DNA from: Oikopleura dioica
Lineage: Eukaryota; Animalia; Chordata
NCBI GenBank assembly: GCA_907165135.1
Contig: OU015566.1
Coordinates: 2,852,001 to 2,916,000 of the forward strand
Direction: 5' to 3'
DNA length: 64,000 bases
Each line of letters opens with the position of its first letter. The first letter of the stretch is position 1. A program made the translations under genes and the position numbers. Under the pieces are notes generated by a model. The model did no database searches. It worked only from the letters and a program-made list of their open reading frames with translations, and was not told the DNA's origin. Of this stretch, positions 24,150-36,850 are shown piece after piece.

Positions 24150-24829
24150 GGGGGTCCCCAACGATTTTTCTGGAATTGGCCATTTTCGACCGGCGCTCAC
24201 GCCGACACGGACTTATATTTTTCAAAAATTTTTTCTTGTTCATGTTAAACAAACCTTGATCTAGTGAAGCGTGTCTCAGATTTTTTTAAACCCAACCACA
24301 TCTGGCGCTACGGCGCAGAGAAGGAGAGCATCTCGCAGAAAATCGCGTTTTTGGACACTTTTTCACCTGAGATTACTCCAAAATTTCGGGTTACAAAAAA
24401 TTTTTTTCCTTCTGTTTCCGAAAGTTCCAACACTAAACTAGTGAAGCGTCTCTCAGATTTTTCAATTTCCAAAAAATGATTATGTAACAACGACGATCAA
24501 AAAATGTACGATTTTTGAAATTTCAACCCTGTGAATTGTCTTCCGGGGATAACTTAAACACTTATTTTCGGGTATAAATAGAAAGATGAGCTCATAGCCT
24601 TTCAAAAAATATGGCATAAGAGACCCTAAGACAACAGTAAATAGGAGTTTATTTTTTGATTTTTCTGCAGATTCGTCGAAATTGGCCACTTCAGATTCAA
24701 TTTTAGACACTTTTTTCTACAACAATCGAAAAAAGCTAGAGACCTTTTTTGCAGCTTTTTGCATGAGGAATTCAAATCTGAAGAGAAAATATTCTAATTC
24801 GAAAAATCGAATAATCGTGGGGGACCCCC
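24150..24829. mobile_element. Non-autonomous TTAA-target DNA transposon (Kolobok-like)
   Basis: TTAA|GGGGGTCCCC.ACGATT ... AATCGTGGGGGACCCCC|TTAA; 680 bp; internal repeat CTAGTGAAGCGT.TCTCAGATTTT at about 24261 and 24439. Confidence 0.8.
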
Positions 24830-25448
24830 TTAAGGACTATAAAATTTGAAATAATCATCAATCTATAATCAATTTTTTTAAAGGTAAGTTATTGCCCAAA
24901 ACATCACTTAAAATGGCCATATTTTATGATGTGACGTTAAAATTTAGTTTTTCCGATTTGTACAACTTTTTTAAGCAGTTCCCATAAATAAAATGTTATG
25001 ATTCTTAGCTTTAATAAAAGCTCAGAGCCTCTTCTTAATTGCAAATTGAAAAAAATCGGAGGCTCCGAAAATCGTGTTTTCGTCTAAATTTTTCACTCTG
25101 GTTTTTTAAGTTTACTCGAAACTTGAAGGATAAAGCCGACACAATTTTTGCCACAAAAAAGAGACTCTTAGCTTTTATATGGGCTTTTTTAATAGATTTC
25201 TGCACAAAAAAACCTTGCGTAATCGCGTGTTCAAAGATAAGTAAAAAAATCAAGATATTGAGGCAATAGCATGAGATGGGAATTTTTCAAATATTTTATC
25301 TAAAATCCGACAATCGATTCTCACGATTCATCAATGAGGTTTTATTTGTTCTTGAAACTTTTAAAAATTTTGTAAACTATATTTTCATGTCCCAATTTTC
25401 CTGATTATACCATGTAAACCTCATTTTTATTCAATGCCTCTAGCCTTA

Positions 25449-25608
25449 CAGTGGCGTGCATGAGTGCCGCCCTTTTCGAGCGTGAATGACTCGTGCGCTA
25501 TCAAGAAGAGCTTTTTGTTTTAGTTCCTTCTGAAATTAGAAAAAATCGGGCAGCGTTTTCGCTCTGTCTTGAAGAACTTCGAAGGGGCGGGACCCGTGCA
25601 TGCCACTT
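25449..25608. mobile_element. Tc1/mariner-type MITE (degenerate)
   Basis: TA|CAGTGGCGTGCATGAGTGCCGCCC ... GGGGCGGGACCCGTGCATGCCACTT|AT; imperfect TIR of about 28 nt. Confidence 0.6.
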
Positions 25609-25611
25609 ATA

Positions 25612-26520
25612 CTGAAACACCAGGAATTTTTGATTTGAAGATATCAGATGTGGATGAACAGAATTCGTATGATGTTATTTTAATCACTCATGAAAATTCG
25701 TTTATATCTAACCCCCTTTAAAAATAATGCATTTACATCGAAGAGAGAGAAAATATTAAACTTTTGTTTTCCTTGAATTTTATAAAGATCTCGGCTGAGG
25801 ATTCTGATGAGTTCGATGTTATTTCCATTTCCATTTTTCCGATAAGAGTGGTGTTAAAAACAAATTTTTCCGGATTATAATCAGAGTAGATCCAAAAGGA
25901 GCCATTTTGAAAAAGACCAAGACCAAAAAATATTTTGCCGTCATTAAATCGCCATTCCATGATGTTTGTCTTTTTGGACTTTGATTTCGTTTCCTAGAAT
26001 AACATGATTATTCTTTAAATCTAAAAAAAATCCTATGTGGATCATTATAGGCATCAACCTTTTTGCCAGTTTTGCCGTTCTGCCCCGATGGTGTTTTACC
26101 CGAATACCGTTCTGCCCGTTCAGGGCAAAACGGAAAAATGTGCTGAACGGATTTTTGATCAAAGCGTTTTTTGAAGCCTTGATTTCGGAAATAATTATGA
26201 ATTTGATGATAAAGGGGAAGTAACTTAGCTTAGATGGAGTTAGCGAAAAATGCTATTTATTTAAGAAGCGTAACGAAAATTGAAAAGATTCCGATGTTTT
26301 GTCACCTCAAGAAAAAAGCATATCTTATAAGGTCATGGTAAATAATTTCATAATGTATTCTTAGTCCGTTGTTAACGCCCGGTCCAGAGGAAAGTATACA
26401 ATTAGCCCGGGTGTTACTTGAACGAAAAATGCGCTAAAAAAAGGACTCCTAGTACCATCAGATATGCCTCTTGGACGGGGCCAACTTCACCGGAATTGAT
26501 TTGAATCTGATTCGGGCCTT
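25612..26520 (-). CDS. Uncharacterised multi-exon protein (fragmentary model)
   Basis: Spliceable segments GPNQIQINSGEVGPVQEAYLM, MEWRFNDGKIFFGLGLFQNGSFWIYSDY, VIKITSYEFCSSTSDIFKSK; no family recognised. Confidence 0.35.
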
Positions 26521-26668
26521 TACTTTATGATTGTAATTTTTCAAATCTGGAACTCCAAAAATAGATATGATTGAACGCGATTTGGAAGTTAATTGATGTT
26601 TGAACGTGAGAAAAGTCTTCAAGTTTCAATAGTGAATATTTAACAAATTGCGTCCTCCGCCTGGCGTA

Positions 26669-26829
26669 CAGTGGTGTGTGGAGTTGGTGCACCCCTAGAT
26701 AGCGGGCAAAAGGTGCACAAACGCAGCACTCACTTTTGCTACTTCTAGAAGAAAACAATAGAAAAAGTGCGGGTCAGGGGTGCACCAACGCAGCACTCGC
26801 TAAGGGTGCACCAACTCCACACACCACTG
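26669..26829. mobile_element. Tc1/mariner-type MITE
   Basis: TA|CAGTGGTGTGTGGAGTTGGTGCACCC ... GGGTGCACCAACTCCACACACCACTG|TA; perfect 26-nt TIR and TA TSD; 161 bp. Confidence 0.9.
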
Positions 26830-27211
26830 TACCTTGATACTGATCTCAAAATCGAAGAATTTTGTTCCATGAGAATTAAAATTGAGACTCGATATATGCT
26901 CGAACTCTGCAAGAGAGGAAAATTTTTTCTTCTTGAAACTGTCTGGAATAATTGTTTTTTTGTATGATCTAAAAACTGCTTTCGTTGAGAAAGGAAAAGC
27001 TGCTTGGCGGGCAATATTTTTCGCGAACGCAGGAAAAACATCATCGTGAAATGCGAAATAAGGGTTGCTTGTTACGTGCATTTTCATGCTTGAGTTTTGT
27101 TGGATGAAGTCAATCTCATGCAATTCTCATTTTTGGAATTTTTAACAGTTTTTCTTGAAAATAAGAAAGTCATTTTTATAAAAAAACACCTTTTAAAATA
27201 TCTTTCTTTAG

Positions 27212-27556
27212 TCAATCCCTTCCAAAATCATACTCTAAGTAAAAGGTCGTATCAAATACATAGTTTTGAATCATTAATTTGTCGTTCACAATGAATGCAT
27301 TCCCATAGTACTCGCATTCATCGTTGTTGTTTCCAAGTCGGTCAGTGTAATTCGGATCATTCGAAGCCATCAAGCTAGAAACACAGATAGAAGTTTTATT
27401 GTATTCAACAAGTGAGCCAATCCATTCAGTGCCGAGTGTAAGATATTGTCCTCCCGCTTCTAATAGAATAGAATATTTCGTATTTGAGAGAGCGATGCTT
27501 CGAGTTATTAAAAGAATAAGAAGACGCTCATCATCAATCTTCCGAGGATTTATCAT
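27212..27556 (-). CDS. Putative secreted uncharacterised protein exon
   Basis: 114-codon ORF with hydrophobic LLILLITRSIALS then a globular-looking region; may join 25612-26520. Confidence 0.35.
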   Translation of the reverse strand: MINPRKIDDERLLILLITRSIALSNTKYSILLEAGGQYLTLGTEWIGSLVEYNKTSICVSSLMASNDPNYTDRLGNNNDECEYYGNAFIVNDKLMIQNYVFDTTFYLEYDFGRD

Positions 27557-28229
27557 TTTTAAGAAACAGAGATCCTTAGCTAAAAAAATCCTTTATGACC
27601 TTTTCAAAGGTACAAGATGGACTGGATCAAGATCTCTGTATTCTGCTGGAAGTTTAATCTCGGTTTTCCGCCAGCCTTTTTCGATTTCTTCGCTACGGCG
27701 TATTTTATTTAATGCAATTGTTGTAGATAACTTGATAAAACTGTCACCAATCATCACGCTCATCAGATGAAAGACGCCATGGAAACTTATTGATGACACT
27801 TTTACATTAAAGTGATTGCTTGCTATGTAACCTTGTGCTTCCTCAAATCGCTTCAAGTTATAATCTGGGGCGAAGTAAAAACACTTATCAGATCTTTTTG
27901 TAGGAGAACTAGAAAATGCTCAAAAAATTCTCATTTGAGTTATAAAAAGCAATTTCTTTATGATTAATAATTTAAAAGATTAATAAATCAATAAATTATT
28001 GTCGTCAAATTAATATATGACGAGTTTTTTGACCTTGATCAAATAACAACGACGGGAAAAACTTTTTTACCATTGTCCAATGGACGGCGAATTTCTATAA
28101 AATGAGTACCAATCGATGAGCCAAAGTGAAAAATAAAATATTTCCTTAAGAATAATAAAGAAGACATATAAAGTTGTATAAATTTTACATATTGATATTT
28201 TTGTTTTGAATAAATATCGGAGAATCAGT

Positions 28230-29583
28230 TGATTCTGAGATTGTCAAGATATTTCCAAGTGCGTCTACGAGAAAGTGCTCTCCTGCCAGAAATGTTGCAC
28301 CAGTTGACTTTTGTGATTTTTAGTATTAATTGGCGCCGGACGGTGCCAATACCATTATGGTTCCTTAGTCAAGCATTTTATCTGACTCATCAAAAAACAA
28401 GTACTCGCTTTTCGGCTTAACTGCAAGGATACTCTTACAACGAGTATTTTGGATTGATACCGGCACCATCCGCCCCCGAATATAATTCGATTAAAATAAC
28501 AACAAGTTAATTCTTATAAAAAACCGTTCGTAAGAAAGAAACTCTTTAGGAACATTCATTTTTAAATCGCTTGAATTGTTTATCATATTTGAAAGAAATA
28601 CTGGAAAATTTTTAATCCGTGATTGACGCCCTTCCCAGCGCCCAGTTATCCATTCGATAGATAAATTCTCTTCACTTGAGTTTTCAGATAGAAGCTTCAC
28701 TTCACCATTTTCTAGATCGAAAACCGGGATTAACTCCTGGCGTGACTCAAACTTTTCACAGTCATAATAAGGACAAGGGCATCCATTTTTGCAATATTTT
28801 TCAAACGGACAAACTTCTCCAGCAGAATCAAACGATCTTGATAGCTGATAGCACATTCTCTCACAGGGCGTATTTGAAATCATCCTTCTTGATTCCAAAA
28901 CAAGAGTTTTTTTGCATAAATGCCGGCATATTTTGACGTCGTAAAATTTTTTCTTTTTACAGCGTTGAAGGTTGATTTCATTTTCCTCGGAGGTGAACAA
29001 AGGAGAATTTGCCTTAACTTGCTTGATCAATGAAACTGGCTCGGGAAGGCTAAAATTTTTCGTTTCTTTGCATTTTTTCATCAAGTATCCGCAGTAATCA
29101 GTGTTTGCAATCGTAACACATTTTTTATAATTTCGATTGCAAGTCGATGTCAGAAAAGTTGTTACTCCTCTTGATTTTTCCAACGAAGAAACATTGGCTT
29201 ACAAATTAAACTTAATTTGAATTAAAGATAAGTGTACCTAAAATCATCACAGTTATCCAGAATAGAGAGCCAAAGCCTAAATAACTGTATTGCTGTTTCT
29301 CTGTAGCGAATCCATGTTTTGACAAGCTCATTTTTTCTGTCACTTTTTTCTTCCACGTTTCCTTTTTTAAATCAGCTTTTTGAGTGTGAATACTTCGTGT
29401 CGACAAAATATCCTCAGTAAACAAATAAACGTTTCCCCCTTTTTGCTTCAAAACGCCAAAGCAGTGGCAATCCAAGCACTGATATTTTTTTATATAAGGA
29501 TTATCTATATCTTCATCTGAAACCTGAATTTTTATCTTTGGCAGCTGGGTAAGAGAACCTTCGTCATCTTCTTCGATACTCAT
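28230..29583 (-). CDS. Type II membrane protein with Cys-rich ectodomain
   Basis: TM YLGFGSLFWITVMILG after cytoplasmic N-terminus; CRHLC..CERMC..CPFEKYCKNGCPCPYYDCEK motif; 3' end approximate. Confidence 0.6.
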
Positions 29584-29965
29584 TCTATCAATTCAAAAAT
29601 GAAGTGAAGATTTAACTTGAGGGTCTTCTTAAAGGTCCCAAACATTCCTCGGGAAATGTCGACTGTCATTTTTGTTCCTAGTTGGTGTTATTTGTGTATC
29701 AACCGCATTTTTACGAGACAAGAAATATTGTATTTGCTCGTAATTTCGAAGTTCATCAAAAAAATAAGCTGATTCGATCACCCGAAACTCGCAAAAAAGA
29801 CTGTATTTTTGCGCTTCTCACGCTTTTCCGTTATTTTTTTCTAATTAAATGCAGTAACAGCTCGTAACACTCGTGTAAAATGATATCATCAATTAAAAAT
29901 TATTCTTTTTTTTTGGTTTATTAAAATAATCAAAAAGATTTGACAATTCATGATTTCAATTTATT

Positions 29966-30294
29966 CTAGTTTTTCGAGTTTTCTTCTTCTTTGTTGACAA
30001 TATTTTTGAGTTTCTCGGCCCGTTCCAAATACTAAGAAATTTATTCAGAAAGTCGTCTCATTTAGGACTTTACCTCTTCGCATTTTGCGCGAATCGTCTC
30101 TTTCGCTTTTTCAGATTGAGCTTCGTACTTGATTGCATGAAGAAAGTGCTCGACGCCATTTTGATATAGCTAAAAATGAAATAAATAAAATTAGAAGGAA
30201 CAAAACTCACTTGGAAAGCCTTAGCGTAGTTTCCTCCTTCATCTTCTTCGGTTGCTTTTGTGACGATTTCGATAGCTTTTTGTAACATCGTCAT
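29966..30294 (-). CDS. Stand-alone VPS4-type MIT-domain protein
   Basis: Three exons: [28 protein letters not shown]|[32 protein letters not shown]|[21 protein letters not shown]; AATAAA directly after stop. Confidence 0.85.
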
Positions 30295-31586
30295 TTTCGA
30301 CTAAAATGAAAAAATATTCACTCTGTTTTTCGTCCAATAAAAGTTTACCTTTTCACCTTTTCTCTGATTTATTTTATCGAAAATTTATGTTTAAAATACG
30401 ACTGAACAAACAACTCGTTCTCGAGAGGTCAATATTCTCGAAAAATTTTTATTATTCGCAATAATTGCTGTTTTACACCCAATTTTTCGAAGAACTCTTT
30501 ACACCTCATTATAAATTAAAGACCCTTGGGTATGATTTGGAACACGACTTTACAAGCCTTTTAAATGCTGAAATCTTAAAGGGCTGTCTAGTCTGGATTA
30601 TAAAAGAAGAAAACATGGGCTCGGCGGTTGCGCTGTGAAATATCTGTGGTAGCGAGATTACATCAGGGCGCGAAATCGAAGCCCAATACTTCCTTGTTAG
30701 GACAACTCAAGGCCACTTCCACCTCTAATCTCCTTAAAAACGGAATTATTTCCGCTCTCGCCCTTTCCTCATCCCCTTAATCTCGCACTCAAAATTTCTT
30801 TGAAGAGAAAAAGATCTTGAGGTCTTCTCGCGGAAAATCATAAACACCCGCATTTTCTCCTAATCGACCTCGAGAAAACCGCTTCATAATAAGTCCACGG
30901 TCTTAATTAATGCCGTCTTCGGTTTCGTGATTTTGTGGTCAATTTTGCACTCATAAACTTTAGAAGATTATCAAAGGGTAAAACACCCGGTTTTTTTTTA
31001 ATATTTTTTCTTAATTTTTTTCTGAAAAAATATTTTTTTGATTTTTTTTTTGAAAAATTATTTTTCAATTTTTTTCCCAAATTATTTCTTTTAAAATCTT
31101 TTTTTTTTCTTCAAATTTTTTTTTTGAAAATTTTCGAGGAAGCCCAATTTTCCTCGAAATTCCTGTCAAAATCTTTGGTCACAGCGGTCTTCAAAAAAGG
31201 CCCTTCGGAAATAATAGTCGGCAGCTGGTGCCAAAAACATTTCCGGTCTATTTGGTTCTACAAACGGTCGAGCTTAGAACGCTGGCCACAGTTGACAAGC
31301 TTGGCATGGTGAATTTTCGCGTTTGGTCCATTCAGAATTTTTAATCGAAAAAAGGGCGAAATTCTTGTTAAGACTTCTTTCTGGCGTAATCACGTTTCTA
31401 GAGCTATGATCGAGGCGTAATGAGCACCGCAAAATGACAGATGATGAGACACGGGTTCATAGAATACGTAATAATTGGAAGCTAACCGGACAATTGACGC
31501 TAATGAAAGTGAAAGAGACGATAAAGAAGTCATTAAATTTCATAACGAAATGATGGGTTAGATTCAGTTTTTATTCGGAATGCCTT

Positions 31587-31770
31587 TGTTATGTCCCCGA
31601 ATGTCCCGAATGTCCCGAATGTCTCCGAATGTCCCCGAATGTCCTGAATGTCACTGAATGTCTCTGAATGTCTCCGAAGGTCCCCGAACCTCCCGAATGT
31701 GTCCGAAGTTCCCAAAATGTCCTCGAATGTCCCAAATGTCCCGAATGTCCCCGAATGTCCCCGAATTTTC
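31587..31770. repeat. Minisatellite, 9-10 nt unit (GTCCC(C)GAAT)
   Basis: Tandem degenerate copies of (C)CCGAATGT(C) across about 180 bp. Confidence 0.9.
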
Positions 31771-33907
31771 TCAATGTTCCGAATGCTCGTTCTTATTCGA
31801 TCTTTCTTTTCCATTAAAAATGCTTGTTTTTCGGCTCAAATACCGAAAAACCCCAACTTCACGGTTTTCGCCTTGTTACAGTCAGTCAAAATACCACTTG
31901 GCTTCTTCGAGATCTTCACACGTCAGTTTTGATAAGCTCATCACGCTTCAAATGCCAGAGTTGTAGCACCAACTTGGATCAAACATCGATCCTTTTGCAA
32001 ACGATGATATTATTTTTTTGCAGAAGATAAGATGGTGAGTATATTTCTAAAGAAGCGTGACGAGCAAGACACGGGTGAGCAATTGCGCAAGGAGCATTAA
32101 AAGACTCTCGTATCGATACCGCTAATGGCTTGTCGAAGATCTCATTTGGAACATGAAAGGCCCGCGCTGCAAAATTTTCTTTTTGAAAAGAAAATGTGGC
32201 TTTTTTGTTTCAAGCTGAAACAGTCGTTACAAGAATATCCAGTCAATTGCCACGAACAGGGAACAAAATTTCGAAGAATCGTTATTTCCAAAATCGAAAG
32301 AAAGTTACTCCCTTATTTTTCTTATTTTAATGCTATTCCAAGTTCAATTGAAAGAACTTAATTATGACCTAATTCATTTGACCTCAAAAAATTCATGAAA
32401 TGACGGGGCTGCAGTCATTTTATGTAAATTTAATATAAGCTTTCTGGAGCCCTAGGATAGAGGCGACCGATTAACATTGAAAGATGATCTTCTAAAATTT
32501 AAGTTCTAAAACGAAATTATCGATTTTTTTTTCAAAGTTCAATTTTTTGATTTCGAAATTAAATATTTTTTCTGAAATAATTATTATACTGGAATATTGA
32601 ATAATTATTTAAAAAAAAGGAATAAAATAAAAATTTTTCTTAGAAAATGAAAAAAAAAGAAAAATTGCAATTTTCTTCTTTTCAAAATCAGGTTTTGCGA
32701 ATTTCAAGTTTTGAAATCGGAAAACTGCCGTAATAAGCAAAAACGCGTTAATTTATGTATAATTGGTAATTGTTAATTTCGCAGCTTTCACGCGGTGCTC
32801 CCAACAGTCGACCACTATTGCATTCATCAGAAATACCGTTTTTCTCTCACTGATTCGGAAACTCGCCTTTTGAGCATGACGGACATTTCCTGTGACATCG
32901 TCGAAGATGGCCATTCTAAACTCTGAAGAAATGAACATGACTCGCGACCGGAAGTCAATTCCAAAATGCATTTGCGACGGTCGATTTCGCTTACAAAAAT
33001 TGAGTTTTGAAATTTGCCGATTTTCTTGAAGTGCCGAATCAATCAGGTACAGTTGATTTTAACATAACGAAAGGTGATTTTAATATTATAATTTTTATCA
33101 GATAATGATTCATTGGGCCTTGGACGTAAAAATAAACTCGGGTTCATGGGGTCGTCTAGGACTAATCTGCACAAAAAAATTAAAAAAACAACGTTACCTG
33201 TTATATATTTGAAGGAGCTTATTTTTTACTTACCCAACGGTTATTTTGAAGGGGAAATGGAAGGTGAGTCGGCCAACCAGACCTCCAAGACTTCTGAGTG
33301 AAATCCTTACCCCCTATTTTATTTGCTCATTGAAAAGAGCGTTAAAAGTTATCCCAGATGCGCCCGGAAAAAGATGAAATTTCCGAAGAAATACCTTCAT
33401 GGCACGTGACTGAAGTCCCAAGTACCAAAACTTTCCCGCCCGAGCATTTTCGACTCGTCTAAGATACAATAGCTTGTGATAGCTCAAAATGATCGTCTTG
33501 GCGAGCATCATATTTTCATCCTTCTTCAACCCTTTTTTATCCCTTTATCTGTTGCTCGAAAGCTGATACTGACAGTATCAATGATATCAGTGTATTAGTG
33601 ATACACTGTCATCCTCCTTCAAACTTATTGCCTTTATCATTTTCCTAGGACGAACGGCCCGAGGAGCTCTTTACTACAGGAATAAGCCTCCCCATCGAAA
33701 AAAATGTCCGATTTCGCGGCGTGGCTTTCTCTAGCGCCGAACAGCGCCCCTTTCCGCTTATCATTTTGACCGTTTCTTATCACCTCAGCACTTATCTTTT
33801 TATTTCGGAACTTCAATCAGAATAAATTTTGTAAAGTTTTTTATTCAAAAATTTTTTGTTTTGTAAAAGAGAGAAAGAGAAAGAGGAAACATAGAGGAAA
33901 ATCAACG

Positions 33908-36500
33908 ATGAAGCTTTTCGCGCTTCTCTCATTGGTTACAGGTTCTTACAGTAATTTTTCTAGCTTACAAAAAAACATCTGAAAATGTCAATGAAACCAT
34001 TATAGCAGTTAAAATTAAAATAATCGCTTCAATTATTCTTTAATCTTTAAGGCTTTCAACAATCGGAGAAAATCGAGCTTGGGCCACCAACATATGATAA
34101 AATTCAGCGGCGTCCTGCCGCGCTATCATCCGAAAGAGACGCTTTTGCTGAAAAAGGAAATGGAAAAGGAAAAACGCCACAATTGTCAGTAAACGATTTG
34201 GACATTGCCAACAGATTACCACGTAAGAAAATACTGATTTGAAGAAACCATAATTTTTTTTCTTCTTTTATGTATCGGATTTTTATTTGAATTATTATTT
34301 ACGATGATTTTTAAAGACCTTGATTATTGATTAGCAATATTCCTCTAGTAACGATGACCCCTTTTTAACAATTATCAAAAATAATCGTTCGACAAACATA
34401 AATTCAGCAAAACTGAAATGCCACACTCCACTGGTGAAAGAAGGACTGGCCGAGCGAATCGTCGGCGGCTACGATGTCCAACGAGAAGCCTGGCCCTTCA
34501 TCGTCAAAATTCGAATCGGCTGCGGCGGGAGCATAATCGCCAGCAACTGGATCCTGACCGCGGCGCATTGTTGCAGGCAGGGCGCGACATCTTTTTTTTC
34601 AATCAGACATTTCTTCGAAAAATGACTCAATCTTCAATGATTCGATTATTTGGTTTGTAGGTCATTAAAGTTGGGACTCCCAAGCTTGCGAAAATTTCAA
34701 ATTGGAAGGCTTTAACTTTAATGACCTATTTCAAATTATCAAAATTAAGGATTGACTCAAGTAACATTGAAAATCATCCAAAATGTCTTGTCGAACCCAT
34801 TTTAAAGAGTTTCAGATAATCGATTCTTGCAAGTGACCGTCAGCGAATTTGATCGAGCGAAAATTGACATGGGAGCCAGGACGATCAATATTAAAGAAAA
34901 ATACCTTCACCCTCAATTCGACCAATTCACCCTCAAAAACGACATTTGCCTCCTCGAGCTCGAAGATTCCATCAACTTTCACGTCTTTGCTCAGCCAGTC
35001 TGTCTGCCAGACAAGGGCTCGAGAATCGACAAAATCCCACTAGGAAAAGGGCCGCTTTGCTACGTCGCCGGCTGGGGGCGAATCGGAGAGATGGAAAATA
35101 CCGCTAGAATTTTGCAAGAAACTCAAGTGCCGATCGTCAACAATACAGTATGCGATGCGGCTTTTCCGAAAAACGAAGTTGTCGAAGATAAAATGATGTG
35201 CGCCGGATATGCAGAGGGAGGAATCGACGCTTGCCAGGGCGATTCTGGAGGACCGCTGATTTGCGTCGAAGATGATAAGCCGATGCTGCGGGGGATCGTT
35301 TCTTGGGGAATTGGATGTGCAAGAGTTGGGCATTACGGCGTTTATACCAGGACATCTTCTTATATCGACTGGGTATTGAAGAGCATTTAATCTTTATGAA
35401 AAAGGCCTTTTTTGAAAAAGAAAAAATAATCAGCCGAGTTTCTAGATAAAATCGATCGTCGTTCCTGATGAAGTCAAAACCACCCTTCCGCCAACAACAA
35501 CGACTACAGAACGAAGTCCCGTTGTCGGCCTCACCAAAATGCATTCCTTCTGCGGTTCGACCCATTTTTCATCCCCTCTTCCCAATCTCATTTTAAGGAA
35601 ATCCGAAGGAAAACTACAAGATAGCAAAAAACGTCCAGGTCGGCTGCAACGAAATCGGATGCAAGTTTTTCTGCCCAAAAAGGATGAAACCTTCTGTCTC
35701 GAAAGTCGGGTGCAATAAGAAGTGGAAGAATTTCGTGCCGAAAAGACTCAAGGTAGGTACTGTTTATAACGCAGGTAGGGACTGAATTCTAGCGACCAAT
35801 TTTCTGCATGGAAGAAAAGAAAAAATCGATCAAAGAAGAGGTCATCCAAAGAGGTAAAAAAAGACAAAATAGATGATGGCTGGAGAAACTGGAGTTCAAA
35901 AGACAAGAGAGTTAATCGAGATTCTGACATTTTTTAGGAAACGAAATGACAAGCTGCGGTAACGTGACGAAAAAGTTCAAATTGCCAGAGTCGATTAATA
36001 TTGACTGCAAAAACGACAAATGCGATCTCACTGTAAGCAAGTTTACCATAAAAAAACTGATGACAAAAAAACTTTTAGTGCGAAAATCCAAACATGGAGC
36101 CTACGCTGTCTCAAATCAAATGCCAGCGATCAACAGGTAAGTCGAAAAAAGGCAAATTTATTCCTAGACGCGCTCGGGTCAACTGCGTCGTGAAGAAAAA
36201 TTCGAAAGCAATGAGATCAATGGGCTCAACTGCCGAAGAAACATGCGGGTACCTTCCTGTCCAGATTGCTCAGCCAGCCAGCTACTTTTGCGAGGACATG
36301 TCCTGCCATTTTTATTGCCCTGATAATCTGACGGTAAAAAATGGAAGCAGAACTACAGTTATAAAGCTGCTTTCAGCCAAATCATGCAAAAATCACTTGC
36401 AATCCTTGGAAGCGATCCTGGTGGCCAAAACGATTCAGCGTTTTCTGTGAATAATTCAAACTCTCAAGCCTCGAAATTGAGCTTTTTCCGAAAAATCTTA
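33908..36500 (+). CDS. Secreted trypsin-like serine protease with Thr-rich linker and three C-terminal Cys-rich repeats
   Basis: Signal MKLFALLSLVT; R-IVGG; TAAHC, NDICLL, DACQGDSGGP; repeats FCGN..GC..GC.FFC, SCGN..DC..KC.LTC, TCGY..FC..SC.FYC; 3' end approximate. Confidence 0.9.
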
Positions 36501-36850
36501 AAAAAGAGAATTTTCGAAATTTAACTGTAAATATCAGCTTGCAATCACTTGATGAAATGAACAACCATTTTCGCTTGAAAAACCTCAAGCACGACAATAA
36601 ACTTGTAAATATTCTTTGAATAGCTTCAAATTATTCATATATAGGACTTGAAAATAATCGAGAGTTGTCTTTTGGTGATCGTTTGTAGTATCTATTCCAG
36701 TGCATCAACTCGTCTTGAGTTGGAATGATCAAGGATGGGAAGAAATCGATAAGTAAAATTAGGACACTGAAGCCATTTCTCTGAGCTGAAGCTTCATTCG
36801 AGATATTGCTGGTAGAGCGTTTGAGCTTGCTGATTTTCATAAAAATTGTA

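Noticed and set aside
26525-27123. ORFs containing GVHQLHTPLY
   Set aside because: The repeated peptide derives from the MITE terminal inverted repeats.
31533-31966. Several overlapping ORFs (GTFGTFGDI and MSPNV repeats)
   Set aside because: By-products of the stop-poor minisatellite; open on both strands with no coding support.
32125-33042. Scattered coding-looking segments
   Set aside because: Stops in all consistent frames; no coherent exon chain.
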